From an uncultured Leptospirales bacterium (lineage in GTDB: Bacteria; Spirochaetota; UBA4802; UBA5550), in contig CAZEPS010000002.1 of NCBI GenBank assembly GCA_964514165.1, positions 873-64,872 of the forward strand: a stretch of 64,000 nt of DNA, in the 5' to 3' direction. The position numbers and the translations under genes are program-made. Positions 37,453 through 47,992 of this stretch are shown piece by piece. Within the stretch, counting starts at the first letter, position 1. Each line of letters begins with the position of its first letter. Under the pieces are notes generated by a model. The model was not told where the DNA came from. It worked only from the letters and a program-made list of their open reading frames with translations, and ran no database searches.

Positions 37453-39147
37453 ATGCAGTTTGTCCAGCGGGATGAAGGCCCGCAACAGAAGGATTTTTTC
37501 GAATACTGGGACTCACTCGGTTTTTTCGACAGCTTCCAGCATTTTCTCCCCCCCCAGTTTTTTGTCCTCTTCCAGATAGCCAGGGTAATTTTTTCCGAGG
37601 AGAAAACCACCGAGGCCTACGAGGCCATCGAGACCATATCGAAAGACGAACCGATTTTCAAGCCCGACCGCAGCGAGAGCATCCAGGTTAACCGGATGGA
37701 GAAGGTTGTCCCGGTAAGCGACCGGATGGAGATCGAAACCTTCCGCACCATACAGGATCTGAAGAAGGCCCTCCCCCGGGAACTGGCCCAGGACGAAGAG
37801 GTCTTCGCGGCCAAACTCTTCACCAAGACCCTCATGGTGCAGAAATTTTTCGAGTCAGAGGCGGACAGCTTCAAGCCCATATCCACATCCCGGGACAAGA
37901 AGGGGAAAGAGGCGAACCGCTTCGAGCAGAAGTTCTACATCCTCCTTGACCGGTCCAAGTCGATGGAGATGAAGATGCGCTCCTTTTACGGCAAGTGCCT
38001 GGTGGCTGAATTTCTCCGCCGAAAGATTCGCTCCAGGGCGCGGCTCTACTACCGCCCCTTTGACTCGAAACCGGGAAATCTCTCCCGCATCGAAAAGAAG
38101 GAGGACTTCCCCGGGCTCATCGAGCGGATTCTCCTTACCGCCACCGGGGGGACCAGCACCAATATCCAGGCGGCCGTGTTCCAGGCCATCAGCGACATCC
38201 GTTACGACAAGGAGATGACGAAATCCGAGATCCTGGTGGTTACCGACGGCATCAGCAAGATAGACCGGGACGAGTTGCGGGTGAAACTCGGCGACATCAG
38301 GCTGAACATACTGAAAATAGGCAGTGACGTGCCGGAACCCGACTTCTACGATATCGAGGCCTACTTCAAGCACGAGAAGATCCCCTATGATCCGAACACC
38401 ATGGACATCATGAACGTCAAGCGGAAGCTCGCCCGGGCGGCGGGGGGCGATGGTGACGCCCACCTGACCGCCACTGAGAAGCGGACCCTCAGGTTCATCA
38501 GCGACGCCTCGGAGAAAATCTTCAAGGACCTTAAAGACGTGGCTGACAACTATATCGAAATCGACGACATGGACTGCTCAGACATTTACGGGGTGGACGA
38601 TGAGACCCTTGCCTACATCAAGGCCACGGTGATGGGTTTCGACCTGGTGAACATCGGGGAGCTGGAAATTCCGGACAAGGAGAAGCTCTACAAGCACGTG
38701 AATTTCATGGCCCAGTATGTGCGCATGCTCATGGAAAACGGCAACGAAGAGAACCAGGTGCTCCGGTTCGCGGAGGAACAGCTCTCCCGGATCAAGCAGA
38801 AGATGCTGAAGGACCCGTACCTTCTCTTCACCTTTCTCCAGGTGAAAGAGCTGAACGAGGACCGGAAGATGATGAAGCTCGCGAAAAAAGAGGCCCGCCA
38901 GGCCCTGAAGAACATGAAGCTCGAGAACCGGAAGCTCTCGGTCAAGGAGATGCGGGAAGGGCAGCTCCTCCTCACCATGGACGTGGGGGAGGGGAGCATG
39001 GGGCAGTTCTTCCGCTTTCTCCTGGTCAAGCTCTTCGATCTGTTGAAGACGGTCATAACCGCTCCGGCGAAACTTTTTCAGAAGAAGGAGAAGCCGCCGG
39101 AAGACGATGAAGATGAAAAGATGGACGGAAATAAAATCAGCGCGTGA
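37453..39147 (+). CDS. VWA (von Willebrand factor A) domain protein, MoxR partner, with C-terminal coiled-coil
   Basis: MIDAS-like DRSKSM .. TGGTSTN .. VVTDG. It starts 8 bp after the MoxR gene. The C-terminus is charged and coiled-coil. Confidence 0.75.
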   Translation: MQFVQRDEGPQQKDFFEYWDSLGFFDSFQHFLPPQFFVLFQIARVIFSEEKTTEAYEAIETISKDEPIFKPDRSESIQVNRMEKVVPVSDRMEIETFRTIQDLKKALPRELAQDEEVFAAKLFTKTLMVQKFFESEADSFKPISTSRDKKGKEANRFEQKFYILLDRSKSMEMKMRSFYGKCLVAEFLRRKIRSRARLYYRPFDSKPGNLSRIEKKEDFPGLIERILLTATGGTSTNIQAAVFQAISDIRYDKEMTKSEILVVTDGISKIDRDELRVKLGDIRLNILKIGSDVPEPDFYDIEAYFKHEKIPYDPNTMDIMNVKRKLARAAGGDGDAHLTATEKRTLRFISDASEKIFKDLKDVADNYIEIDDMDCSDIYGVDDETLAYIKATVMGFDLVNIGELEIPDKEKLYKHVNFMAQYVRMLMENGNEENQVLRFAEEQLSRIKQKMLKDPYLLFTFLQVKELNEDRKMMKLAKKEARQALKNMKLENRKLSVKEMREGQLLLTMDVGEGSMGQFFRFLLVKLFDLLKTVITAPAKLFQKKEKPPEDDEDEKMDGNKISA

Positions 39148-39177
39148 GCCCGTCATTTGCCCTGATGGCCGGTTATC

Positions 39178-40146
39178 CTACAGCTTTTCCTTCTCGTACC
39201 AGTTAATCGTTTCCAGCATTATCTCGATGTTGCCCCTCGTTGGCTGCCAACCGAGGTCGCTTTTCGCGGCGCCGCAGTCCATGATGAGGTTGTTCAGGAG
39301 GAGCGTGAGGTGCTCCCGGTTGAGATAGTTTATTTTGAATGGCTTCAGGAGTATGGACAAAAACCTGGTGTATCCCGGTGTCAGCCTCTTAATCGTAAAG
39401 CTGAGTTCCGCGCGCTCCTGTATCGCATTCACCACCTCCTCGTGGGTCGGCACGTTGTCCGATCCGAGGTTGTAGATTTTATCTTTGGACGCGCCGGATT
39501 TCAGGGCCCGGGCGATTGCGTCCGCCGCGTCGTCCGGGTGGATCATCTGGAACCGGTTCTCGCCGGAGCCGGCGATGTACATCCGGTTTGCCTCCTCCAT
39601 GCCCATGGCCATGAGGAGGGTGATGAGTATGATCGGGTTGTCGGTTCCGGGGCCAACGACGAGTGCCGGCCTGAACACGGTAATCTCCATGTCAGCGGTC
39701 TTCTTGAACTTTTCCAGGTACTTCTCGATCTTCTTCTTGTCCCTGCCGTAGCCGGTGACCGGCCGCAGCTTGTCCCCCGGGCGGGAGAGATCTTTCCTGG
39801 TTTTTCCGTAAACCTCGTACGACGAGATGAAGAAGAAGCGCTTTACCCCTGCCGTCTTCGCCGCGTCCAGGAGCTTCTTCGTGCCCCGGACGTTGTTTTT
39901 CCTCATGTATGATCTCCCCTTGAGCCCGGGGCGGTGCACGTCCATAAGGTGGATGACCGTGTCGGCCCCGGCGCAGGCCTTCTTCAAGACGCCCTCGTCG
40001 AGGCAGGTCCCCGTCAGGAATTCAGCGCCCGGGGGCGTCTTCCCCGGCCTCGCGTCGTCAAGACAGCGGAGCTTTCCCCCTTCTTCCGCGAGCCGTAACG
40101 CGATCTTTTCACCGAGAAAACTGCTGCTGCCTGTTATGAGTATCAT
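39178..40146 (-). CDS. NAD-dependent epimerase/dehydratase family protein
   Basis: ILITGSSSFLG Rossmann motif and YxxxK (YGRDK). Confidence 0.8.
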   Translation of the reverse strand: MILITGSSSFLGEKIALRLAEEGGKLRCLDDARPGKTPPGAEFLTGTCLDEGVLKKACAGADTVIHLMDVHRPGLKGRSYMRKNNVRGTKKLLDAAKTAGVKRFFFISSYEVYGKTRKDLSRPGDKLRPVTGYGRDKKKIEKYLEKFKKTADMEITVFRPALVVGPGTDNPIILITLLMAMGMEEANRMYIAGSGENRFQMIHPDDAADAIARALKSGASKDKIYNLGSDNVPTHEEVVNAIQERAELSFTIKRLTPGYTRFLSILLKPFKINYLNREHLTLLLNNLIMDCGAAKSDLGWQPTRGNIEIMLETINWYEKEKL

Positions 40147-40180
40147 GGGGGACCTCTTTCAGTAACGAAATATTGATGAA

Positions 40181-40400
40181 CCACAGAGACGCAGAGGCAC
40201 AGAGATATAAAGAAAAATTTTAAAAAAAACTGTCATCGTGAGGAGTGAAAAGGCGAAGCTATCTCATATAAAAGTAATCGATAATTATCGGTTCTTATGA
40301 AAATCAATGGTTTATGAAACGTTATAGAGAGATTGCTTCGCAAGCTCGCAATGACATAAATAAAACAACAATCATTCTCAGTGTCTCTGTGCCTCCGTGG
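40181..40400. mobile_element. MITE-like element (220 bp), same TIR family as 31426..31892
   Basis: Left TIR CCACAGAGACGCAGAGGCACAGAGA; right end TCTCAGTGTCTCTGTGCCTCCGTGG. The subterminal sequences are related to the larger copy. Internal inverted repeat GCGAAGCTATCTC / GAGAGATTGCTTCGC. No clear TSD. Confidence 0.6.
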
Positions 40401-40422
40401 TTATCCTGACTATTCTGCCTAA

Positions 40423-41349
40423 TCAAGGAAAATCCACGGTGCCGGTTTCGTCAAGAAGAATGTTCCGAATACAGGGTTTCAGGAGGATTCTCGACAGGAA
40501 GGACGACCAGATCACCCCCTCTATTCTTCCGGCAATGCGATTCTTATCGGTGGTTTCAGCGAAGTCCCGGGACGAGCGGTCGTCCCGGGCGACGAGGTAC
40601 GACCCTTCCGGGACCCGGAAGCGGAGGTACATCCTGCCCGTTTCCTCAGGGGCGGTGACCGGGTACCGGATGTCGTCAATCCGCTCGCCGAGGACGTCCG
40701 CGTTTACCGGGAGCCCAAGCCGTTCCATCTGCCGGTCGTTGAACACCGTCAGGGGGAGGGCCCTGCCGTTCACCCAGAAGTTGCTGTCCCGGTACTCGGC
40801 GGTGTCGCCCCCTTCGGCTATTATCCTGCCCACTTCGCCGTCATGGATCACCAGGTCTCCCGGCCGGTAGCTGCCGGGGTTGAGCCGCGCGGTGAGGACC
40901 GTGTCCCCTTGCTTTAGAACGGGCCCCGGGTTTTCCGCGGTTATGGTCCGTGTTGAAAAAAACGAGACCGCGACCATGAGGGCGAAACCGGTCAGGGCCG
41001 CCGCTCCCGCGGTGTACAGAATGTAACCGAAAAGGGAATTATACCGGCGGAGGCGGATCCTGCCCTCTCCTGCGGCGAACCAGGCCCCTTCGGCGGCGGA
41101 AAGAAGGGACAGGAGGAGCGTGAAAGCGAGCATAACGGTGAAGATGACAAGGTACGATCTCCTCTCCCCGGTAAGTATCGAGATGGAGGGGATGAGGATG
41201 ATGATACATCTCAGGGCGAGAAAGGCAGCCCCCCTGGCCAGCTCCCCGTTGTAGGCCTGGCCGAGCCCGGTGACCAGGAGCGACAATAAGAACGACAGGG
41301 CCGGCCTGCGCCTGTCGGTCCTGGTGCTTGTCAGTATCTTGTTCTTCAC
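40423..41349 (-). CDS. S26 (signal peptidase I)-like membrane protein, possibly catalytically degenerate
   Basis: Box E-like YLVARDDRSSRDF and box C/D-like RPGDLVI .. GRIIAEGGDTAEY. The positions of the Ser and Lys dyad appear substituted (GPV / GR). An N-terminal multi-TM region is present. Confidence 0.5.
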   Translation of the reverse strand: MKNKILTSTRTDRRRPALSFLLSLLVTGLGQAYNGELARGAAFLALRCIIILIPSISILTGERRSYLVIFTVMLAFTLLLSLLSAAEGAWFAAGEGRIRLRRYNSLFGYILYTAGAAALTGFALMVAVSFFSTRTITAENPGPVLKQGDTVLTARLNPGSYRPGDLVIHDGEVGRIIAEGGDTAEYRDSNFWVNGRALPLTVFNDRQMERLGLPVNADVLGERIDDIRYPVTAPEETGRMYLRFRVPEGSYLVARDDRSSRDFAETTDKNRIAGRIEGVIWSSFLSRILLKPCIRNILLDETGTVDFP

Positions 41350-41365
41350 CGGGGCTGCCCCTCTT

Positions 41366-42025
41366 TCACAGGAATGACTCGATGAAGGATCTCACCTTCT
41401 CCTTCCCGGCATAGACACCGAAGTGGCCCTCGCAGAGTATGTCCGCGTCGAGGGAGAGGAGAAACTCCAGGGACTCGAGGTACCGGTCCCTCTCCGAGAG
41501 GAGAACCTCGTTCAGGGGGCCGTGGACGTCCTGCCCGAAGAGGACGAGCTGCCCGTCGGACACGACCGTCAGCACCGATGACCCGGGGGAATGGCCCGGG
41601 GTATGGTAAAAGTTCATGATCAGGTCGCCCACCGGAAATGCGCGTTCGCTTTCGATGATTTTCGTGTCTATGGGGGTCGGTTCCATCCAGGTGCCGTACC
41701 AGGAGGCGGCCGTTACCCGGGAATCCCCTGAATCGAGAAATTCCGCGTCAGCCTCGTGGGACGCCACGGTGCAGCCGGTGAGACGCCGTATTTCGTTCGC
41801 CCCCCCGGTATGGTCGTAATGGCAGTGGGTCAGGAAGAGGGTCGTTATCGATTCGGGATCGCATCCCGCCCGCCTGACGTTTTTCATTATTATGTCCGTT
41901 TTCCTGCCGGTGCCGGCGTCGATAAGGGCGCACTCCTGACCGCCCTTTACCAGGTAGACGGCGGCGTCGGCGGAATCGGAGAGGCCGGACCCGCCGACCA
42001 TGTGGACATTGGACGTTACGCGCAT
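41366..42025 (-). CDS. MBL-fold metallo-hydrolase
   Basis: THCHYDHTGG motif; 219 aa. Confidence 0.8.
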   Translation of the reverse strand: MRVTSNVHMVGGSGLSDSADAAVYLVKGGQECALIDAGTGRKTDIIMKNVRRAGCDPESITTLFLTHCHYDHTGGANEIRRLTGCTVASHEADAEFLDSGDSRVTAASWYGTWMEPTPIDTKIIESERAFPVGDLIMNFYHTPGHSPGSSVLTVVSDGQLVLFGQDVHGPLNEVLLSERDRYLESLEFLLSLDADILCEGHFGVYAGKEKVRSFIESFL

Positions 42026-42033
42026 GCCGTGTG

Positions 42034-44133
42034 TTATTCCCTTTCAATGAGTTTGAACATGGATATGAGCTTCGAGAGTGTGCCGGTTATCTCCTGGAGG
42101 GCTGCAGAGAGGTTTTCGAGCTCCACCGAGTTTCTCGCGTAGTCGTTGGTCAGGGTTTCGGTCTCGACGATGGTCGCCTCCATCTCGGCAGTACTGTCCG
42201 CCTGGTCCTTTGTCTGCGTGAATATTTTCTGGGACATCTCGCTCAGATTTTCAATGGAACTGCGTATCTCCTCGGAGCCGAGGGCCTGCTTGTCCCGCTC
42301 TTCCGCAATCTTGTCTATCATCGATACGATGTGGTACACGTTGTGTGTGAAGAAGGTGAGGAGCCCCTTGATCTCGTTCACGCTGTCGACCCCCCGGGAG
42401 ATATTGTCCCTTGTCTCGAGCACCAGTTTTTCGATCTGCTTCACCTCGTGCGTTGAGCGCTCTGCCAGCTTGGAGATTTCGTCGGCGACGACCGCGAACC
42501 CCTGGCCGTGCTCCCCGGCGCGCGCCGCCTCTATGGAGGCGTTCAGGGCAAGGAGGTTGGTCTGGTCGGCGATTTCGTTTATCACCAGGGTCACCTCCCG
42601 GATGCGGTCGGAGCTTTTCTGGATTTTCTGCATGTCGTCAACCATGGAGGTGAGCTGCTCCTCCCCCTTCTGGACCCTGATCGAGAGGGTGTTGCCCTCT
42701 TCCCGCACGGCGGATATCTTCCTGCCAATCTCCTCGATTGACGCGACAAATGATTCCAGGGCGGAGAAGACCTGTTCCACCGTGGCCGAGGTTTCCTCGA
42801 CGCTCTGCATGACAACCTTTCCTGAAGAGGTAAGGGCCCTGATGTTCTCTACCGCCTTCTCCATGGCGTCTTTCTGTATGCGGGCCCCGTCGCCCACGCT
42901 CCCGGAGATGACGTTCAGGAACCGGGAGAGCTCACGGGTCTTGTCGATCGTTTCCCGAAAGGTGGCCAGTACCCGCTCAAGGTTTTTCACGGTGCTGATT
43001 ATCTCGTAGAGGATGTTCCGGAGCTCGTCCTGGGTGTCGATGGCGAGCCGCCTGGTGAGGTCCCCCTGTGACACGTATTTCAGTGTTTCGATAGCGTGGT
43101 TGATGGGACGTGCCGTGTTCGAGGCCGTGAAGTATATGACGAAAAAGGCGATTATAGTCGAAAAGGACATGACCGCCACCATGCGCATGGCGATGCCGGT
43201 GAGATACCCCTCGTCGATGCCGCCGGTCCCCCGGGCGAGGAGCCCCGATATCTCCTGGGAGGCGAACATGCCGATGATGATTACCGTGTAGACGAACAGG
43301 GGGACCAGGAGGACCATGAGCCGGCGACGCATGGAGACCCGCATTATCCGCCTGTGGTTTATGAGGCTTCGGGAAATCTTCCACACCGCGAAATTCATGT
43401 CCTTGATGACCCGGGAGAAGACCCGTTCCGCGGTCAGGTAGGCGATGACCCCGGACACGAACCCGGAAAAGGTGATGATGAACACCATGTTCACGATCTG
43501 GAACGTGGTGGGCCGGGGAGGCGGAAGCAAACCGGGTGTCACGGCAACGTAGACCGCCAGGAGTGCGCCGATGCCGAACCGGCAGTACATGAAAAAGCCG
43601 TGGAGTATCGGCAGGTTGTGGGCCCGGATGTAGGCCCTTGTCAGGGCCTTTTCGCTGAATGTTCCTTTCCGGTAGAAACGAAGGAACTTTCCTATCGGGG
43701 CAAAGAGGATTTCGTTCGTCGGAATAGCGAAGGAGGTGGCCGCGAGAACGACCCACCAGGCGTGTTCAAATGCCAGAGAGCGGCTCTGGGCCTCGTTGAG
43801 TCCTATGAAGAGGGCGAGCACCACCGTGGCAAAGGAGGCCCCGGCGACCGCCCCGATGAGTTCCGTGAGAAAAAACCGGGCCTTTACGTGCCACCGGAAA
43901 AACGAATCGCTGATAAAATAATTGTCCGTTTTTGCTGAATTCCGGCTTTCCTGTTCTTCACCGGGCTCCCGGAGATCGTCATCGGCGAAATGTGCGAATT
44001 CGGACGGTTTCTCCCTGTCTTCGCCTGTTTCCCCTTCGGTGAGGACGAAGTCCTCCCCGGATTCGATCTCGTCCAGGGAGACGTCACCGTTTTTCCTGTA
44101 TTCATCCATTATATTGTCTTCGACCCTGTTCAT
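42034..44133 (-). CDS. methyl-accepting chemotaxis protein
   Basis: Two TM segments, HAMP, and the highly conserved MCP signalling domain ([31 protein letters not shown]). Confidence 0.9.
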   Translation of the reverse strand: MNRVEDNIMDEYRKNGDVSLDEIESGEDFVLTEGETGEDREKPSEFAHFADDDLREPGEEQESRNSAKTDNYFISDSFFRWHVKARFFLTELIGAVAGASFATVVLALFIGLNEAQSRSLAFEHAWWVVLAATSFAIPTNEILFAPIGKFLRFYRKGTFSEKALTRAYIRAHNLPILHGFFMYCRFGIGALLAVYVAVTPGLLPPPRPTTFQIVNMVFIITFSGFVSGVIAYLTAERVFSRVIKDMNFAVWKISRSLINHRRIMRVSMRRRLMVLLVPLFVYTVIIIGMFASQEISGLLARGTGGIDEGYLTGIAMRMVAVMSFSTIIAFFVIYFTASNTARPINHAIETLKYVSQGDLTRRLAIDTQDELRNILYEIISTVKNLERVLATFRETIDKTRELSRFLNVISGSVGDGARIQKDAMEKAVENIRALTSSGKVVMQSVEETSATVEQVFSALESFVASIEEIGRKISAVREEGNTLSIRVQKGEEQLTSMVDDMQKIQKSSDRIREVTLVINEIADQTNLLALNASIEAARAGEHGQGFAVVADEISKLAERSTHEVKQIEKLVLETRDNISRGVDSVNEIKGLLTFFTHNVYHIVSMIDKIAEERDKQALGSEEIRSSIENLSEMSQKIFTQTKDQADSTAEMEATIVETETLTNDYARNSVELENLSAALQEITGTLSKLISMFKLIERE

Positions 44134-44500
44134 CGGTATGTCCTTCTGTTCAGATTGGCCCGGATGGGTTCTTTCTGTCTGATCCGGGATGCACGGCCGT
44201 CAGTATATACTCCTTCTTCTCCTCCCATTATCGGCCGTTCAGGAGTCGAAGAAAAGGGGATATTGCCGCATACGGAATGCCGGCTGCTCTTTATAGCGAT
44301 TTGTATCGGTGACCAGTATAGATATGGTATAGATCCAACAAAATCGTCGGGAATTTTCAAGATATTTTTATCGAAATGGTGAGGGAATTCCCGGGAATAC
44401 AGGATCTCCGCAGGAATATTTGAAAATGGACAAATTTTCCTTGAAAATTATGTCGCATTGTAGCACTGTTGGGTGATCCGGCTTTTTTTTTATGCATCCA

Positions 44501-44590
44501 GGGGACCTTTAATAATTAAACAGGAGGTTCCCATTTGGGTACATAGTTTGGTATAAATTTTATTCAGCCGTGATTCAATTCTGTACGAAC
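44501..44590 (+). repeat. structured intergenic repeat, family A, copy A3
   Basis: Hairpin 1 GGGGACCTTT..AGGAGGTTCCC, core TTCCCATTTGGGTACATAGTTTGGTATAAA, then TTTTATTCAGCC as in A4. The 3' end is divergent. It ends 18 bp before the TPR gene start. Confidence 0.65.
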
Positions 44591-44607
44591 ATGAACAGGA
44601 TACCACG

Positions 44608-46599
44608 ATGCCGTTGAAGAAATTATTCATCATCGGGACCCTTCTCTCCCTGGCGCTTCTGATCGGCCAGGGCCCGGCCCCTGCCCGGGAAAAGAATGCC
44701 ATTTATTACAGTAAACAGGGGTGGGAGCATTACAAAAGGGGTGACGTGTACCGGGCCATCTTCAGCTTCAAGAACGCCCTTCACAAAAACCCCCGGTACA
44801 AGGACGCCCTCATCGGCCTCGGCAAGTCCTATCTCGAGGTGGAGGCCTACGACCAGTCCTACGATCTCTTCAAAAGGGCGCTGAAGCTCGACGACCGTTC
44901 CAGTGAGGCCATGGTCGGCATCGGGAAGACCCTCACCGGCATGGGGAACTACCGGGGGGCCCTGGAGTATTTTAACAAAGCGGTTGAGATTACCGAGGAA
45001 GACCTGGACGCGAAATACGGCATCGCCAACCTCTACCGGATGATGGGGAAGATCATCTGGGCCAAACGGAACCTGGAGAACATCCTCAGGGTGAACCCGT
45101 ACCACTTCGACTCACTCCTCCTCATGGCGGACATCAAGAGCGACGAGAAGCGTTTCAACGAGGCCCGGGACTATATCGACAAGGCCATCGAGTCTGATCC
45201 CGAGTCGCCCCGGGGCTACTCCAAGTACGGCGAGATCATGTTCCGGAAATACCTGAAGACCGAAAACGGCGACGACCTGGACGAGGCGGTGGAGGCCCTG
45301 AAGAACGCCCTCTCCATTCAGCCGAAGCATTACCGGGCCAACCGCATCATGGGGTACATCTCCCTCGAGCTGAAAGACTATGAGCGGGCAGCGGAATACT
45401 TTCAAAACTCCCTCCACGAGAACACCGGGGTCTACGGGCTCTACTCCCTGGCCCACGCCCAGGACATGGCGGGAAACACTGCCGGGGCCCTGAAGAATTT
45501 CCTTGACGCCTACAAGAAGGCCTCGGCCGATTCAGTGCTCCAGAGCCGCCTCGAGGACTTCCTGGTCTTCCGGGACTTCCCCATGGGGCACCCGGTCAGG
45601 GTCATGCTGAACAACGAGCACCAGAGCCTTGCCGAGAGCAGGGCCAGGAAACATTTGGCCGACCAGGTCATCATGCACCTGCGCCGCGCCGTTCTCCTGA
45701 ACCCGATGAACCGGGAGGCGAGGGAAAGCCTCATGGACTACTGGCGGGTCCAGGGCTACTACCGGTTCTACGTCGACGAGCTGAAAGAGCTGTTGCGCCT
45801 TTACCCGGGGAACGAGTACCGGGACCGCCTCAACGTTGCCGTCATCAAGCGGCGGGACAGGCTCTACCACCGGGAGGGGTATTCCGCCGAGGATATCCCC
45901 CGGGACGTCCCCCGGGTCCTGGTCATGGACTTCGACACCGGAGGCGAGATCATCCCCCACCCGGACGCCGGGGCCGTGTTCGCGAGCAGTCTATCTTTCG
46001 TTCTCGGCCAGTTCGGGCGGATGAGCCCGGTGGGAATGCGCAAGCGGAACGAAACGGCCCGGGGCCTCAGGACCGGCATGGACCACCTGGAAGGGAGCCT
46101 TGAGAGGGTTTCCGCCATGGTTGACGCAGGCGAGATCCAGCCCGTCGATTACGTCGTGTACGGGACCTGTCACGAGGGGGGCAGCCACATCTCAGTGCAC
46201 TGCAGCCTCCTCGACTTTCACAAGGGGTTCATCATCGGGGAGTTCGACCTCTCCGAATCGGGAAAGGAGGCCCTTCCCCGGCTTGCCCTCCGGTCCGCAA
46301 AGCGGATATACGACATGATGCCCTTCAGGGGGAGTATCCTGAAACTGAAGGAGAAGGGGATCGTGGTGAACATGGGGCTCTTTGACGGGATTGGGCTCGA
46401 TGACAAGCTCGTAATCTACAAGTTCAAATCGGCCTTTCCGGCCGGGAGCGGGGATAAACGGAAGATTGTTTTCACGGTCAGGGAGGCGGACACCCTGGTC
46501 TCCTACGCGGAACCCCCCCGGGAGGCTGAACTCGACCTTGTCGATTCCTCTGACACGGTATTTCCCCTTGAAAAGCGGAGGGCGAAGCTTATCAAGTAG
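44608..46599 (+). CDS. tetratricopeptide repeat protein (secreted)
   Basis: Signal peptide, then multiple TPR units in the N-terminal half; 663 aa. Confidence 0.75.
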   Translation: MPLKKLFIIGTLLSLALLIGQGPAPAREKNAIYYSKQGWEHYKRGDVYRAIFSFKNALHKNPRYKDALIGLGKSYLEVEAYDQSYDLFKRALKLDDRSSEAMVGIGKTLTGMGNYRGALEYFNKAVEITEEDLDAKYGIANLYRMMGKIIWAKRNLENILRVNPYHFDSLLLMADIKSDEKRFNEARDYIDKAIESDPESPRGYSKYGEIMFRKYLKTENGDDLDEAVEALKNALSIQPKHYRANRIMGYISLELKDYERAAEYFQNSLHENTGVYGLYSLAHAQDMAGNTAGALKNFLDAYKKASADSVLQSRLEDFLVFRDFPMGHPVRVMLNNEHQSLAESRARKHLADQVIMHLRRAVLLNPMNREARESLMDYWRVQGYYRFYVDELKELLRLYPGNEYRDRLNVAVIKRRDRLYHREGYSAEDIPRDVPRVLVMDFDTGGEIIPHPDAGAVFASSLSFVLGQFGRMSPVGMRKRNETARGLRTGMDHLEGSLERVSAMVDAGEIQPVDYVVYGTCHEGGSHISVHCSLLDFHKGFIIGEFDLSESGKEALPRLALRSAKRIYDMMPFRGSILKLKEKGIVVNMGLFDGIGLDDKLVIYKFKSAFPAGSGDKRKIVFTVREADTLVSYAEPPREAELDLVDSSDTVFPLEKRRAKLIK

Positions 46600-46602
46600 C
46601 CT

Positions 46603-47526
46603 TTACCCTGATTTTTCCTCAAAGAGCCTCAGGGTTTCCTTCGCCTTGATGTCGTCGCCCATGGCGTCGTATACCCGGTAGAGGCGGTAGAGGGTGTCGT
46701 AGTTGTCCGGGTTCAGCTCCAGAGCCTTCTTTAAACATTTGACGGATCTCTCCAGGTAATACTCCCTGGTGCCGGGAAACCTCCCGGTGAAGTAGACATC
46801 GCCGAGGTAGATGTATGCCCGCTCGAAATCGGGCCTAAGGAAGGCGAGGCGTTCCATGACCCTGGCCGCCGCGGTGAAATTGTTATCGGTGTAGTAGATA
46901 GCGTAAAGCCGAAAGTAGGGGTCGGTCATGGCCGGGCTTATTTCCAGAATCTCCCGGTAGAGCTTCTCTGCCCGTTTGACCTCGCCGGCCTGTTCAGCCG
47001 CCCGGGCCTCGCGGAAAAGGGGGCCGCCGGTTTTTTTGCCGGCCTTCAGGCTTATCCCCATGTGTTCTTCAGCCTTGTCTGCCATGCCCTTCCTGATATA
47101 CAAGCGGACCAGGTTCATGTTCCCCTTCACGTGGTCCGGATCAGCCGCGACCGCCCGGCTGAAGTGATCAAAGGCCCGTTCCAGGCGTAAGTAGTACTCG
47201 TAGAGATCTCCGAGACGGTTATGGATGTCCGGCTGGTTTTCGTTTATCGAAACCGATGCTTCAAGGTATTCGAGCTCTTTCTGTTTTTCGTTTTTCACAC
47301 GGTGAATATCAGCCAGGATGTTCGCGGCCTCCCAGAGTTTCGGGTTCTGTTCCAATGCCTTCTGAAGGCTGAAAAGGGCGAATTCGTACATCTCGGCGTC
47401 ATACTGGATCCGCCCCTTCCTGAGATAGTACTCCCAGGTGTGTTTTCCGTAAACCGGTCCTGCGCCGAAAAAAATCACGATGGCGAGGGCGAGAATATTG
47501 ATTTTTATTATTGACAGAAACGGCAT
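46603..47526 (-). CDS. tetratricopeptide repeat protein
   Basis: N-terminal signal/TM followed by TPR units throughout; 307 aa. Confidence 0.75.
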   Translation of the reverse strand: MPFLSIIKINILALAIVIFFGAGPVYGKHTWEYYLRKGRIQYDAEMYEFALFSLQKALEQNPKLWEAANILADIHRVKNEKQKELEYLEASVSINENQPDIHNRLGDLYEYYLRLERAFDHFSRAVAADPDHVKGNMNLVRLYIRKGMADKAEEHMGISLKAGKKTGGPLFREARAAEQAGEVKRAEKLYREILEISPAMTDPYFRLYAIYYTDNNFTAAARVMERLAFLRPDFERAYIYLGDVYFTGRFPGTREYYLERSVKCLKKALELNPDNYDTLYRLYRVYDAMGDDIKAKETLRLFEEKSG

Positions 47527-47554
47527 ATGTATTACTTGTGTATCCTCATCACGT

Positions 47555-47627
47555 GGTCAGGTAGCTCAGTCGGTAGAGCAGGGGACTGAAAATCCCCGTG
47601 TCGGCGGTTCGATTCCGTCCCTGACCA
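47555..47627 (+). tRNA. tRNA-Phe (anticodon GAA)
   Basis: Cloverleaf read directly: acceptor GGTCAGG/CCTGACC, D-arm GCTC-AGTCGGTA-GAGC, anticodon stem GGGGA/TCCCC with loop CTGAAAA (anticodon GAA), T-arm GGCGG-TTCGATT-CCGTC. It is near-identical to E. coli tRNA-Phe. CC is encoded after the discriminator A. Confidence 0.95.
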
Positions 47628-47992
47628 CCTTACTTTCTTTATCGGTCCCCCGGATACCCTCTTTGTAACGGAATTTTTAATATAATACATATTTGCATCA
47701 TGACCGGAGATTTCTGAAAAACAAACACAGACATCGATGATGACGTTAAACAGGAAGCATTATCCATTGATACCTGAAAGTAATTGCGTTGACTGATGAC
47801 GGAATTTTGATTACTTTTTTATTTCAGGACTCAGCATTCAAACGTAACATCGAAGTTCTTCAGATTTCTTATTTCAATTCAAGATGTTCAAGACTGGAAA
47901 ACAATCCATATAATCAATTGAACAATCGGATGCAGATAAGCGCCGGAAATCTATGAGGGGAACAATATGCCCCAGGGGATAAATGTTGACAG

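Noticed and set aside
42146-45960. ORFs 42146..43009, 42977..43756, 43096..43938 (opposite or overlapping the MCP gene) and 44623..45105, 45532..45960 (opposite the TPR gene)
   Set aside because: Low-complexity Ser/Arg/Pro-rich translations, all contained within confidently called genes.
47628-47992. Integrase or prophage at the tRNA-Phe 3' side
   Set aside because: There is no integrase-like ORF and no recognisable direct repeat of the tRNA 3' end within the window. Only a small decayed islet is supported.
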